Source of the DNA: an uncultured Planctomycetaceae bacterium
Lineage (GTDB): Bacteria > Planctomycetota > Planctomycetia > Pirellulales > UBA1268
Direction of reading: 5' to 3'
Assembly (NCBI GenBank): GCA_913052575.1
Contig: CAJXFK010000002.1
Span: forward strand, 1,746 to 65,745
Length of the DNA: 64,000 nucleotides
Positions 31,754 through 40,926 of the stretch are shown here, piece by piece. Within the stretch, counting starts at the first letter, position 1, and each line of letters opens with the position of its first letter. Under the pieces are notes generated by a model. The model was not told the origin of the DNA and searched no databases. It saw nothing but the letters and a program-made list of their open reading frames with translations. The position numbers and the translations under genes are program-made.

Positions 31754-33094
31754 ATGCCATCTCCTATCCCGCAGGTCGTTATTGTTGGCCGTCCAAATGT
31801 AGGGAAGTCAAGCATATTCAATTGGCTCTCACATCGAAGAATTGCAATAGAAGACCCAACCGCAGGTGTTACTCGTGATCGTCTCACCCAACGTATTGAA
31901 TGTGGTGACAAGACAATCGACCTCATAGACACTGGCGGCATGGGGTTTGACGACCCTGATGGGTTAACTGAACAGATCGACATGCAGATAGAAGCTGGGC
32001 TAGCCACTGCAGGGGTTGTCGTATTCGTCGTTGACATCAGGACTGGTCGTGTTCCTGCCGATACTGATGTGGCTTTACGACTTCGGCAGTCTGGAGCTAC
32101 CGTTGTTTTGGTTGCAAACAAATCTGATGATGAGAAATTTGACGTCTTGGGCCATGAATTTGACAAGCTTGGTTTTGGATCACCGATTGTCACAAGTACA
32201 AAACAAAACCGTAATCGTGATGAACTTGTGCAAGCCATTACTACTCGTTTGCCAATGACCCCTGACAACGAAGAGCCGGCCAGTACCGCTCTCCCAGAAA
32301 TGAAAGTGGCTATCGTTGGTCGCCGCAATGTTGGAAAGAGCACTTTTGTTAATGCACTGGCAAAAGAAGAAAGGGTCATTGCAAGTCCTGTTGCAGGTAC
32401 TACGCGAGACAGCATCGATGTTCGTTTTGAAGTAGACGGACACTCTTTCCTTGCGATTGATACGCCTGGACTTCGAAGGACAAAAAGTCGTACGAGTGAT
32501 ATCGATTTCTACTCAACGCATCGTGCTGAGAGAAGTATCCGTCGTGCCGATGTAGTTTTGATGCTCTTTGATGCAACCGAGCCGGTGGGCAAAGTCGATA
32601 AGCAACTTGTTGACCTGATTGTGGAGCAGCAGAAACCTGTTCTCTTAGTCGTAAACAAATGGGACCTGTATGCTGGGGATGTCGAAAGAAGCGAATGGGC
32701 TCAATACCTACGTGATACTTTTCGCACAATGCCGTGGGCACCTATTGCATTTGTCACGGCCACAAAGGGCCGCAATGTAAAAGCGGCGATAGACACAACA
32801 CAACGACTCTTTCGACAGAGTCAGTCTCGCGTTCCAACGGCTGCCCTAAATACAATCATTCATTCTGCCACACAGGCGACCCGACCACCCGCTGACCGCA
32901 AAGGACGCCCTGTTCGAATCTATTTTGCAACTCAGGTCGACACTGCTCCACCGACTATCGTGCTCTCAACAAGTTCTGCAAAAAGCCTCACGGCGCCTTA
33001 CAAACGGTATCTTATATCATCACTCCGAAAAAGCTCGCCGTTCACTGAGGTACCAATAAAGCTTTTGGTTCGGGATCACAAATCTCGTGAATAA
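31754..33094 (+). CDS. der: ribosome-biogenesis GTPase Der (EngA), double G-domain
   Basis: 446 aa. It has two P-loops (GRPNVGKSS and GRRNVGKST), two NKxD boxes (NKSD and NKWD) and a C-terminal KH-like domain. Confidence 0.9.
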   Translation: MPSPIPQVVIVGRPNVGKSSIFNWLSHRRIAIEDPTAGVTRDRLTQRIECGDKTIDLIDTGGMGFDDPDGLTEQIDMQIEAGLATAGVVVFVVDIRTGRVPADTDVALRLRQSGATVVLVANKSDDEKFDVLGHEFDKLGFGSPIVTSTKQNRNRDELVQAITTRLPMTPDNEEPASTALPEMKVAIVGRRNVGKSTFVNALAKEERVIASPVAGTTRDSIDVRFEVDGHSFLAIDTPGLRRTKSRTSDIDFYSTHRAERSIRRADVVLMLFDATEPVGKVDKQLVDLIVEQQKPVLLVVNKWDLYAGDVERSEWAQYLRDTFRTMPWAPIAFVTATKGRNVKAAIDTTQRLFRQSQSRVPTAALNTIIHSATQATRPPADRKGRPVRIYFATQVDTAPPTIVLSTSSAKSLTAPYKRYLISSLRKSSPFTEVPIKLLVRDHKSRE

Positions 33095-34362
33095 ATCTCA
33101 ATTTTTTTGTGTAACTCTTTCACAACATCGAGATCTTCAGATGTTATTGGAACACCTCCTAAGAAATAATCTGTTGGCTCTCTTGCCTCAGGAATTAGTG
33201 TTTCAATAATAAGTTTCACAAGTTCATCGAGACCCTCGCCAGTATGGGCGGATGTCACAATCAAACCTGCCGATATTGACTTTCCGATGGACTGCTTACT
33301 GTCAGACAGGTCCGCTTTGGTGCCAACCTCGAGAGAGGGTGGGCCGCCCTCACCGCCGCTTCCCAGAGAGACCTCGTCCTTCTGAGGATCATTTAAGGCT
33401 CGAACGTTCAGGATTAAATCAGCGCTTCGTGCCGCTTCCATTGCACGTTCTATTCCCTCCTTTTCGATACTAGGGGCTAGCTGCTGAAAGTCACTTACCG
33501 GATGGAAACCAGCTGTATCAGTCAGGTCAACTGCCCACCCATTCAAGACAACTCGTGTCGCGAGCACGTCGCGTGTGGTACCGGCATGCGGAGATACAAT
33601 ACTCCGTGCATAACCAGCTAGAGCATTGAGCAGACTACTCTTACCGGCGTTCACAGGTCCCAGCAAAATTACCTGCCAGGGTTCCGCTAACCGCATACCC
33701 ACTCGAGCCGATTGTTCCAAACGATTTATGACAGCTTGCGCTTTTTTCAAGTTATCTTGAGATTTTCCGCTCTTACAAATGAGCTGCTGAATCTGCTTGA
33801 TATCTCTTTGAAAATAACCTGAAAGTTGCCGTGTGAGTATCTGCGCTGCATAGAACCCATCAACTCGAGCAAGTTGATCACGAATAACATTGTTTCGATA
33901 GTTACTGCCATTACAAGCAAACCATTCATTCCATGGAATTTCCGCAGCCCCGGCCAATACAAAAGTTTTTAACAAAGATTTGGTAACAGCCTGCCCTCCA
34001 TGAACATGAATCTCCCAAGTCTCTGTTCCTGTCTTTACTAAAACAACGCACTCGGATTTCTCCTGACGTTGCGGAACTGTGCCCTCGGCTGAATCCGATA
34101 CTGACTGGTTCATCACGATCGTATGGTGCCAGTCACCAGCAACAAGAGAGCCAATGTCTAATGTCTGAATTGAGGATTTACTGTATGCTTCAAAATGAGC
34201 ATTCAGAATCAATCCCGCCTCTTCACCAAGTATTCCAATAACACCGAGTGCCCCAACCTGAGATGGTGTAAGGCGAGTGACTACGAATCGAGAATCTTTC
34301 AACGCATCAACTACCTTCATCGGGGGGCGATTTGACATTTTGTACCAAGGAACGTACAACAC
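33076..34362 (-). CDS. MnmE(TrmE)-like GTPase, divergent, lacking the C-terminal CIGK motif
   Basis: The G domain reads GPVNAGKSSLLNAL...AGTTRDV...DTAGF...TKAD. The N-terminal domain keeps an EIHVHGG-type segment. The protein ends ...KKIEIYSRDL. The start may be an internal Met (M9 or M15). The 3' end overlaps der by 19 bp in convergent orientation. Confidence 0.6.
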   Translation of the reverse strand: MLYVPWYKMSNRPPMKVVDALKDSRFVVTRLTPSQVGALGVIGILGEEAGLILNAHFEAYSKSSIQTLDIGSLVAGDWHHTIVMNQSVSDSAEGTVPQRQEKSECVVLVKTGTETWEIHVHGGQAVTKSLLKTFVLAGAAEIPWNEWFACNGSNYRNNVIRDQLARVDGFYAAQILTRQLSGYFQRDIKQIQQLICKSGKSQDNLKKAQAVINRLEQSARVGMRLAEPWQVILLGPVNAGKSSLLNALAGYARSIVSPHAGTTRDVLATRVVLNGWAVDLTDTAGFHPVSDFQQLAPSIEKEGIERAMEAARSADLILNVRALNDPQKDEVSLGSGGEGGPPSLEVGTKADLSDSKQSIGKSISAGLIVTSAHTGEGLDELVKLIIETLIPEAREPTDYFLGGVPITSEDLDVVKELHKKIEIYSRDL

Positions 34363-34543
34363 GTGCGTTGGGGAGGGGGTTTTTGGCTACAGGTTTGTAT
34401 ATCCTAACACGGCCAAAATATTGAGAGATTTTTCAGTCAATAGAGCATGCTTGTGCACTGGAACATTCCTTCATTCTATTCTTTCAAAAATATCAATTCT
34501 CTCGCCATGTACGACTATATTTTTAACTCCTAAAGGTAATCCA

Positions 34544-35308
34544 ATGACTGCTGGTAAGGCTTCTGATTCACAAACAAGTATTGAGTCTCTCTCTCAATCA
34601 ATTGATCAACTAGAGAAAAGCCTCAATAGCATCTCTCATTCCCAACGCACACGTCGCATCGCAGTTCTTATTGGTTCTCTTCTCCTTTTTTCAATGCTTG
34701 GCATTGTTGGCTTTCTTCTTTTTCGAACACTCAAAACTCAGCTCAACGAAGAGACGATACAGGCTGCACTACAGATGAAAGTTGAGGAGTTACTTCCTTC
34801 TCTTCAAGAGAAGTACGCCAAGGCTGCAATGAAAGCCGTTCCAACCTATCAGAAATTAACCTTAGAACGTCTTAAGACACTCCGCCCTAAACTCCAGTCA
34901 ATGCTTACCAAAGAGGCAAGGTCTATGGCCGACCGACTGCCCTCAATGTTGCAAGAAAAGGCAAATCAAAGCCTTCAGAGAGTTACAGACAAAGTGGCCG
35001 CTGATGTACAAAGCGAAATACCTTCTCTGACTCCAGAAAGAGTTAAAAAACTTTCAGCCATCACCGTCGAGGGTTTGGCGATTGAGGGTGAGGAACTTCA
35101 AGGTCAATTGAAAGTACTCACACAAGAAGAATTCGAACGTATCAGTAAAGCACTCGACACTCTTCCTATTCGGGCGGCAATGAACATGGATGAGGAGTTG
35201 CTGCGGCAGCGATTCATGCACAACATTCTACTCATTGTTGATCGTACTGTTGCTCCAACTATGTCGGTGCTGAAAACTGATTCACCCTTTCGCACTAGCG
35301 AGGACTAA
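34544..35308 (+). CDS. hypothetical membrane-anchored all-helical protein (254 aa)
   Basis: The start is placed at the ATG at 34544 (M90 of the track ORF), because the upstream part overlaps the MnmE-like gene. It has an N-terminal short coiled segment, one TM helix (IAVLIGSLLLFSMLGIVGFLLF) and Pro-punctuated amphipathic helices. Confidence 0.55.
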   Translation: MTAGKASDSQTSIESLSQSIDQLEKSLNSISHSQRTRRIAVLIGSLLLFSMLGIVGFLLFRTLKTQLNEETIQAALQMKVEELLPSLQEKYAKAAMKAVPTYQKLTLERLKTLRPKLQSMLTKEARSMADRLPSMLQEKANQSLQRVTDKVAADVQSEIPSLTPERVKKLSAITVEGLAIEGEELQGQLKVLTQEEFERISKALDTLPIRAAMNMDEELLRQRFMHNILLIVDRTVAPTMSVLKTDSPFRTSED

Positions 35309-35379
35309 TAGGAATCAAAGCTCTTAAATTTATATAGATTCATCCACAACCGCATTTTATTTCATGGAGATTTTAAGCA

Positions 35380-36150
35380 ATGCATGACACAGACTTGTCT
35401 ACTATCGAGAACCGTTTACATGCACTAGAAAAACGTATTACAAAGACTGCTGCAAAATCAAAAACTAGGACGACTCTTACCATTGCTGCTATGGCATGCC
35501 TTCTTGTCGGAGCATTCTTCTATCTTCGTTTCTTATCTACTTCGATCACAACTGCTGCTGATGCACCCACCCTTGTTCAACTCGTTGCTGACCAACTTGA
35601 ACCGCGACTTCAACAAGCACCTGCACAACTCACCGAGTCGCTTAAGGCGCAAGCACCAATGGTTGTCGACAGAGGTGAGCAATTAATTCTCGACGCTTTA
35701 CCGGAGGCTCTTGATCAGGCCGACGCTTTTATTATCAGCTTCTTTGAGAAAGAGTTTGACGAAATCGAAAAGAAGGCTTATGAAGTCATTCATGATGGAT
35801 TAGACGATGTCATCACTCAGGCAAAGGCTCAAAAAATTGACTTCGCAAAAAATGGTGAACTCGAAGAAGCAGTCGGTAAAATTGCACCTAACCTTCGACT
35901 GATGATCGAGAGCATCATTGAAGACAACATGGGGGAATTCAAGGCTATCACGAATAAGGTTTCGGCTTATATAAATCGACTATCAACTAACCAAAACCTT
36001 ACTGATCATGAAAAAGCACATCGGGAAATTTTAATTTCGGGAATTGCTCTTATTGTGAAAATGGAAATTGATTCATTGAGATCTCCGATTGGAGGTATTC
36101 TGCAAGGCGCTCTTCCAAACAACCAGAAACCTTCTACGGCAATTGACTGA
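35380..36150 (+). CDS. hypothetical membrane-anchored all-helical protein (256 aa), same architecture as the upstream gene
   Basis: It has an N-terminal coiled segment (IENRLHALEKRI), one TM helix (LTIAAMACLLVGAFFYLRFL) and a helical domain of about 190 aa. Confidence 0.55.
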   Translation: MHDTDLSTIENRLHALEKRITKTAAKSKTRTTLTIAAMACLLVGAFFYLRFLSTSITTAADAPTLVQLVADQLEPRLQQAPAQLTESLKAQAPMVVDRGEQLILDALPEALDQADAFIISFFEKEFDEIEKKAYEVIHDGLDDVITQAKAQKIDFAKNGELEEAVGKIAPNLRLMIESIIEDNMGEFKAITNKVSAYINRLSTNQNLTDHEKAHREILISGIALIVKMEIDSLRSPIGGILQGALPNNQKPSTAID

Positions 36151-36281
36151 TAGGGCACTTTGGAAACATGCGTGCCGACTGTAATGCATAGCAAAACTAT
36201 CTTTGAGCCCTAAGAATAGACATTCACACACAAAAATTCTGCACTTCCAAGAAGACTTGTAGGCAGGCGAGTAGTATTTCC

Positions 36282-38348
36282 TCACTCAGACTTAGAAGTG
36301 GCAGCCTGAGAAAACACAAGTTCATCCTGCCATTTTTTAAGATTTTCCTGAGAGGATTGATATTTTTTTACAGCGGCCATAAGTTTCTCATCGATAGATT
36401 TTCGACTAGCAACTGCTTTTTCAACTTGATCATTCAGCTGGCTGGCACGAGAGGTCAGATCAGCAAGGTTTTTTACTGCCACCTGCTTTTCTTTTAGAAC
36501 AGCCGCATGTTCAGCCTGTGATTCCTGCAGACCCTGCTCCGCAAGTCCGACAGACGTATTTGTGTCGACTAAGGTTTTGTTTGCTGCTGTAAAGATCTCA
36601 TTGGCGACTTCCTTTTCAGGATTTCCGCTCGCCTGTTCTTTTATCTCCTTGAGAGACCGGACTATTTCCTGAGCTTTCTTTGCCTTAAGTTTTGTTATGC
36701 CTAGCTGATCCTCTGCAGCTTTGACTCGGACAGCCGTTGCTTCAAGTTCTACATTTTTACTCTTCTGTTCAGACCCGGCAACACCAAGACTTTTGTTTGC
36801 TGCCGAAAGCTGACTTACAAAATTTGCTTCAACTTTTGCTGCCTTCATTTTTGCTAAACGAATATCTTCGGCAGCTTTTTCCGCTACTGCAGTTGCCTTC
36901 TCGGCAAGATTTACTCGCCGGGAAAGTGGCATCTGGTTGGAATTGATTCCGCCTACCTTCGAAGGCTTCGTAACGTCGTAGACAGAAATCTGTCCTGACC
37001 AGTCACCCGCAATGGCAAGTGGTTTTCCGGAGGTAATTGCTACTTTTGTACCAATATCCGAGAGTGTGCCAAGTTCACTTTCAAGGCTGCCGTCAGACTT
37101 CCACACTTTCACTTTGTGATCCCGACCGGTTGAGACAAGGCGCCCATCACTCAACCATCGTACGTCTGTTGCTCCTCCACCATGAGCTGACCATGATTTT
37201 ATTTTCTTAGCAGTGTCAGCTTCCCAAAGATGGATTGTGCCGTCTTCAGACGTTGTTGCAAGAACAATCCCATCCGCTCGCCAATCGATTGCTGTGACAC
37301 CAGCCTTCTGACCTTTTAAATCGCCCCAATGGCGAGCACCAAATGATTCCCATAAAAACAAATTACCTGCACGATCACCTGTAGCAAGTAACACGCTATC
37401 CGGTGAAAAAGCAACGCTTGTTATCCAGTCCGTATGCTTTGTGATCTCGCTCTCAACAGACCCATCTACCGTTTGGAGAAGACGCACAACCTTAGCTGCT
37501 CCACCAAGAGCTACAAGACGTTGATCAGCAGAAATATCAGCAGCCAACACTTCGTCATACTCATCTCCAAGTTCCATGACTCGCTGAGCACTTGCAACAT
37601 CCCAAATCACTACACGACCACTTTTTGCTGCAACACCACCACCTGCAAGAAGGAGTTTTGCACTCCGAGAGAATCGAATGTTCGTACATTCACCTTCGGG
37701 GAACGGTAGTACGCCAATACATTCACACGTCCTCGGTTGAAATAATAAAACCTGCTGACTACTTCCAACCGCCACTACATCTCCATGAGGAGATGCATCG
37801 AGTGCACGAATTGTCGTTGGTCTGAGTCCAGAAAATCGTGGTTCCAGAGACAATCGAGGCGGCATTACGGGTGGGCCACTCGGTTTCACTAAAGCACCTG
37901 AATCAAGTGCAAGTGACGCACCTGCTTTCTGAGCAACTGGTTTTGCCCCGTCGCGTTCAATAATTCCGCCTAGTATCCATTCCTTCACGACATTCAGCAT
38001 GGCATCAGGAATGCGATCAGCGTCGGGTGGCATTGTCGGCTCTGATTCATGACTCACAACCTGCCATAGGTAGGAGCCATCAGGATCGCCACCAGCTACA
38101 ACATCACCTGAATTACCACCAGCCATCATTTGCTGGTAACTCGTCAGATCAAGCCCACCAGCTTTTCTATCCGCATTGTGGCAACTGCAGCACTTTTCAC
38201 GGAAAACTGGCAATACATGATCTTCATATGTCGGCGGCTTTTCAGCGGCAGTCGCCGTTGTGAGACAAAATGACAGCGTCCACAGCAAAGTGACAACACT
38301 GTGTGACGTAATCGTTCTGGTTAGTTTTTGTAGTGTAATTCTTATCAT
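36282..38348 (-). CDS. secreted PSCyt1 (planctomycete cytochrome c) domain / WD40 beta-propeller / C-terminal coiled-coil protein
   Basis: 688 aa. A signal peptide is followed by VLPVFREKCCSCHN (CxxCH-type motif). Repeated WD-like blades follow (e.g. VAFSPDSVLLATGDRAGNLFLWE, ATTSEDGTIHLWE, STGRDHKVKVWK). The last ~220 aa form an Ala/Lys/Glu-rich coiled coil. Confidence 0.75.
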   Translation of the reverse strand: MIRITLQKLTRTITSHSVVTLLWTLSFCLTTATAAEKPPTYEDHVLPVFREKCCSCHNADRKAGGLDLTSYQQMMAGGNSGDVVAGGDPDGSYLWQVVSHESEPTMPPDADRIPDAMLNVVKEWILGGIIERDGAKPVAQKAGASLALDSGALVKPSGPPVMPPRLSLEPRFSGLRPTTIRALDASPHGDVVAVGSSQQVLLFQPRTCECIGVLPFPEGECTNIRFSRSAKLLLAGGGVAAKSGRVVIWDVASAQRVMELGDEYDEVLAADISADQRLVALGGAAKVVRLLQTVDGSVESEITKHTDWITSVAFSPDSVLLATGDRAGNLFLWESFGARHWGDLKGQKAGVTAIDWRADGIVLATTSEDGTIHLWEADTAKKIKSWSAHGGGATDVRWLSDGRLVSTGRDHKVKVWKSDGSLESELGTLSDIGTKVAITSGKPLAIAGDWSGQISVYDVTKPSKVGGINSNQMPLSRRVNLAEKATAVAEKAAEDIRLAKMKAAKVEANFVSQLSAANKSLGVAGSEQKSKNVELEATAVRVKAAEDQLGITKLKAKKAQEIVRSLKEIKEQASGNPEKEVANEIFTAANKTLVDTNTSVGLAEQGLQESQAEHAAVLKEKQVAVKNLADLTSRASQLNDQVEKAVASRKSIDEKLMAAVKKYQSSQENLKKWQDELVFSQAATSKSE

Positions 38349-38424
38349 GACCTTGCTGTCGCTATCGTAGTTTTTTGTATCCCAAAGTGATCACGAAGAC
38401 TCATAGCGACTTGTCGATTGGAAA

Positions 38425-40926
38425 CTAATGATTGAATATGAATTCAGGTGAATTGAGTAGTGCCCAGAAAATATCTTCGAGGGCTTGCTGATGCTCAGCG
38501 CCACCTTGCAGCGTCGCGAGTGTTTCGATGCGTTCCCTTTCTTGGGGAAACCTTCCGTAGCACCGAACAAAGAGTTCATCAATAATTTCAGTATCCGGCC
38601 GTTTCTCCTTCAACCAACGACTAATAACACCACCCTGCTGAATTCGCTTATTCCCAACCTCACCGTTGAGTAGATGAAGCGCCTGCGACAGGCTCGGATC
38701 CATACTTACTGCACAAGAACAAACGTTTTCTCGAGTTGCTCGTCCAAAAGTTGTGAGAAAATATGTTGACGTACGGCCATCAGCCACTTGGACAGCCCTC
38801 GCACCTTCTGGAAGACCAGGGAATTTATTTTTGGTCTCTGTTACCTGAGCCAGGATATCAAGGAGTACTTCTGCCCGAATTCGACGGACCGCTGAATGTG
38901 AGAAGTTGGAGTTGTCGAGAAGATTTGTCTCATTCGTGTCGCACTCTCGCTGATAGGTCTTTGAGTTGACAATCTCTCTGACGAGCGTTCTGAAATCCCA
39001 TTTTGACTCAACAAGATGATTTGCCAGAGCGTCAAGCAAAGGTCCGTTCACCGGTGGATTACTAACACGAAAATCATCCGGTTCATGAACGATTCCTCTT
39101 CCAAGGAAATGTGTCCACACAAGATTCGCAACACGTTTTGAAAAAAATGGATTCTCTGTTGATGTAATCCACTCCGCGACAACTTCACGTCGATCCTGCC
39201 CGACGACTTTTGCTTCGTCTCCACCCAAAAATTTTGGTGCGACCGTCTGACCGGACACAGGATGTTTCATCCCACCACCACTGGAGTTGTAAATAATGAA
39301 CTCCCGCGGGTCCCCTGCCTTTTTACGTCCTATTTGCGCAAAAAAGGCAGCAAATCCGTAATAGTCATCCATTGTCCATCGGTCGAATGGGTGATTATGA
39401 CATTGAGCACACTGAATTCGCATTCCTAAAAAAGCTTGTGCAACATTCTCTGTCAGTTTCAGAGTGTCTCTTTCGGCTTGGTAATAATTCGTCGGTGGAT
39501 TTTCAAAGGTGCCACCAGAGGCTGATATCAGATCTCGAACCATATCATCAATTGGCTGATTGGAGGCAATCCGACGGTCAAGCCATTGGTGGTAGAGCAA
39601 CGCACCTTTCTTATCAACGATATTATTGACGGATCGGATTTGTAGAATTTCTGCCCACTTCATTACCCACAGATCAACAAACTCTTTTCGGCTGAGCAAT
39701 TGCTCAACATATTTTGATCTTTTATCCGGAGATTGATCTTCAAGGAACGTGTCTCTTTCTTCGTTGGTTGGAAGGAGACCAATCAGATCAATAGTCACTC
39801 GTCGCAAAAATGTTTCATCATTACACACATCTGAAGGTGCAATACGAAGGCTCTTTAATTTACTGTCGACCAAGTCATCGACCCACGTATTACCTTTTGT
39901 TTCAGGATACGAAAAAGTAATTTTTTCTGGAATAACTACTACCGGAACTCCAACCGTTATGGTGTCGTATCGGGCCATGACAAAAGACTCACCTCGCTGC
40001 CCACTCGCAGCATTACCGGACGCATTAATTGCAACCGATGATTCATTATTTGATCCATACTTCACAAGATCTGTTACATCCCTGTCAGTATCATTTGAAA
40101 ACCGAGCCACAGCTACGAACTGCTGCGTGGCCCGATCACCTTCGAGTAGACTTGTTGGTGGATACAGATCAACTGCAAGTAATTCCGGCACCTCTTTACC
40201 AGATTTTGGATCATCCTCGGCCCCTGCCGTAATCCACCTGATGAGACGGTCGGCAAGCTCACTATCTTTTTCAAAACGCTTGCCTCCGGTGTGAGGGACC
40301 TCACCTACTGCTTTTTGTACCAGAAGGCTACCGGCAGGGTTTGCCAGATTGATACGTCGACCTGGCATTTCTCGAGTCAGTCGATGGTAATCACCAGCCG
40401 GATCAAACCCAAATAACGAAAGTCGGAATCCATCTTTTCCACGAGCAGCCCCATGGCAGCTTCCCATATTACAGCCAGCACGAGCAAACACAGGCATGAC
40501 ATCCATGCGGAAGGAAAGTGGCGGTTCCATTGCTGCGGAACGAACACGAACCGGAAGTTCAACCTGCTGCCCACCATACGAGACTACCAATACAGTGTCA
40601 CCGTCCACTTTCGGTGAGAGCCGAACTGAAGTACCAGCATCGCTTTCAATTCGTTCAAGAGCGGCGAATTCTGGGTGCTTGAAAACCATTTTAGCAGGAA
40701 TTGTGACATCTTCAGTAACGCCATCATTGCGTGTTGCCTGAACGATAATTGTTTGAAAATCTCGCGATGAGTCGAGCTGCACTGAAGGAGGAAACACCTC
40801 GATTTTATCGAGCGATTTTTCCTGAGCTCGCACAGGACCTGTGAGGACCATCATAAGAAATAACAGAATGTGCCTGAAAACCATTCGGCAACTCATCGAG
40901 TAGTCAGGTAATACGCTGTCACTCAC
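38425..40926 (-). CDS. DUF1549/DUF1553 (PSD1-type) domain protein with Ig-like N-terminal domains
   Basis: 833 aa. It has the DUF1549-type segment ETFLRRVTIDLIGLLPTNEERDTFL and the DUF1553-type CAQCHNHPFDRWTMDDYYGFAAFF. The GTG start overlaps the upstream stop (GTGA). Internal ATGs (M11 or M15) ahead of the signal peptide MVFRHILLFLMMVLTGPVRA are alternatives. Confidence 0.8.
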   Translation of the reverse strand: MSDSVLPDYSMSCRMVFRHILLFLMMVLTGPVRAQEKSLDKIEVFPPSVQLDSSRDFQTIIVQATRNDGVTEDVTIPAKMVFKHPEFAALERIESDAGTSVRLSPKVDGDTVLVVSYGGQQVELPVRVRSAAMEPPLSFRMDVMPVFARAGCNMGSCHGAARGKDGFRLSLFGFDPAGDYHRLTREMPGRRINLANPAGSLLVQKAVGEVPHTGGKRFEKDSELADRLIRWITAGAEDDPKSGKEVPELLAVDLYPPTSLLEGDRATQQFVAVARFSNDTDRDVTDLVKYGSNNESSVAINASGNAASGQRGESFVMARYDTITVGVPVVVIPEKITFSYPETKGNTWVDDLVDSKLKSLRIAPSDVCNDETFLRRVTIDLIGLLPTNEERDTFLEDQSPDKRSKYVEQLLSRKEFVDLWVMKWAEILQIRSVNNIVDKKGALLYHQWLDRRIASNQPIDDMVRDLISASGGTFENPPTNYYQAERDTLKLTENVAQAFLGMRIQCAQCHNHPFDRWTMDDYYGFAAFFAQIGRKKAGDPREFIIYNSSGGGMKHPVSGQTVAPKFLGGDEAKVVGQDRREVVAEWITSTENPFFSKRVANLVWTHFLGRGIVHEPDDFRVSNPPVNGPLLDALANHLVESKWDFRTLVREIVNSKTYQRECDTNETNLLDNSNFSHSAVRRIRAEVLLDILAQVTETKNKFPGLPEGARAVQVADGRTSTYFLTTFGRATRENVCSCAVSMDPSLSQALHLLNGEVGNKRIQQGGVISRWLKEKRPDTEIIDELFVRCYGRFPQERERIETLATLQGGAEHQQALEDIFWALLNSPEFIFNH

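Noticed and set aside
31729-32415. 228-aa ORF antisense to der. Similar long antisense ORFs occur at 58959-59531, 56854-57435, 11963-12481, 39749-40294, 42837-43403 and 47596-48132.
   Set aside because: Each lies entirely inside, and opposite to, a gene with strong motif support. Their products are low-complexity (Ser/Arg/Ala/Pro-rich) with no motifs. They are typical shadow ORFs.
34277-34543. 89-codon N-terminal extension of the 34277..35308 ORF
   Set aside because: It overlaps the 5' end of the MnmE-like gene and then crosses obvious intergenic sequence. The ATG at 34544 directly precedes the coiled-coil/TM architecture shared with the neighbouring paralog-like gene.
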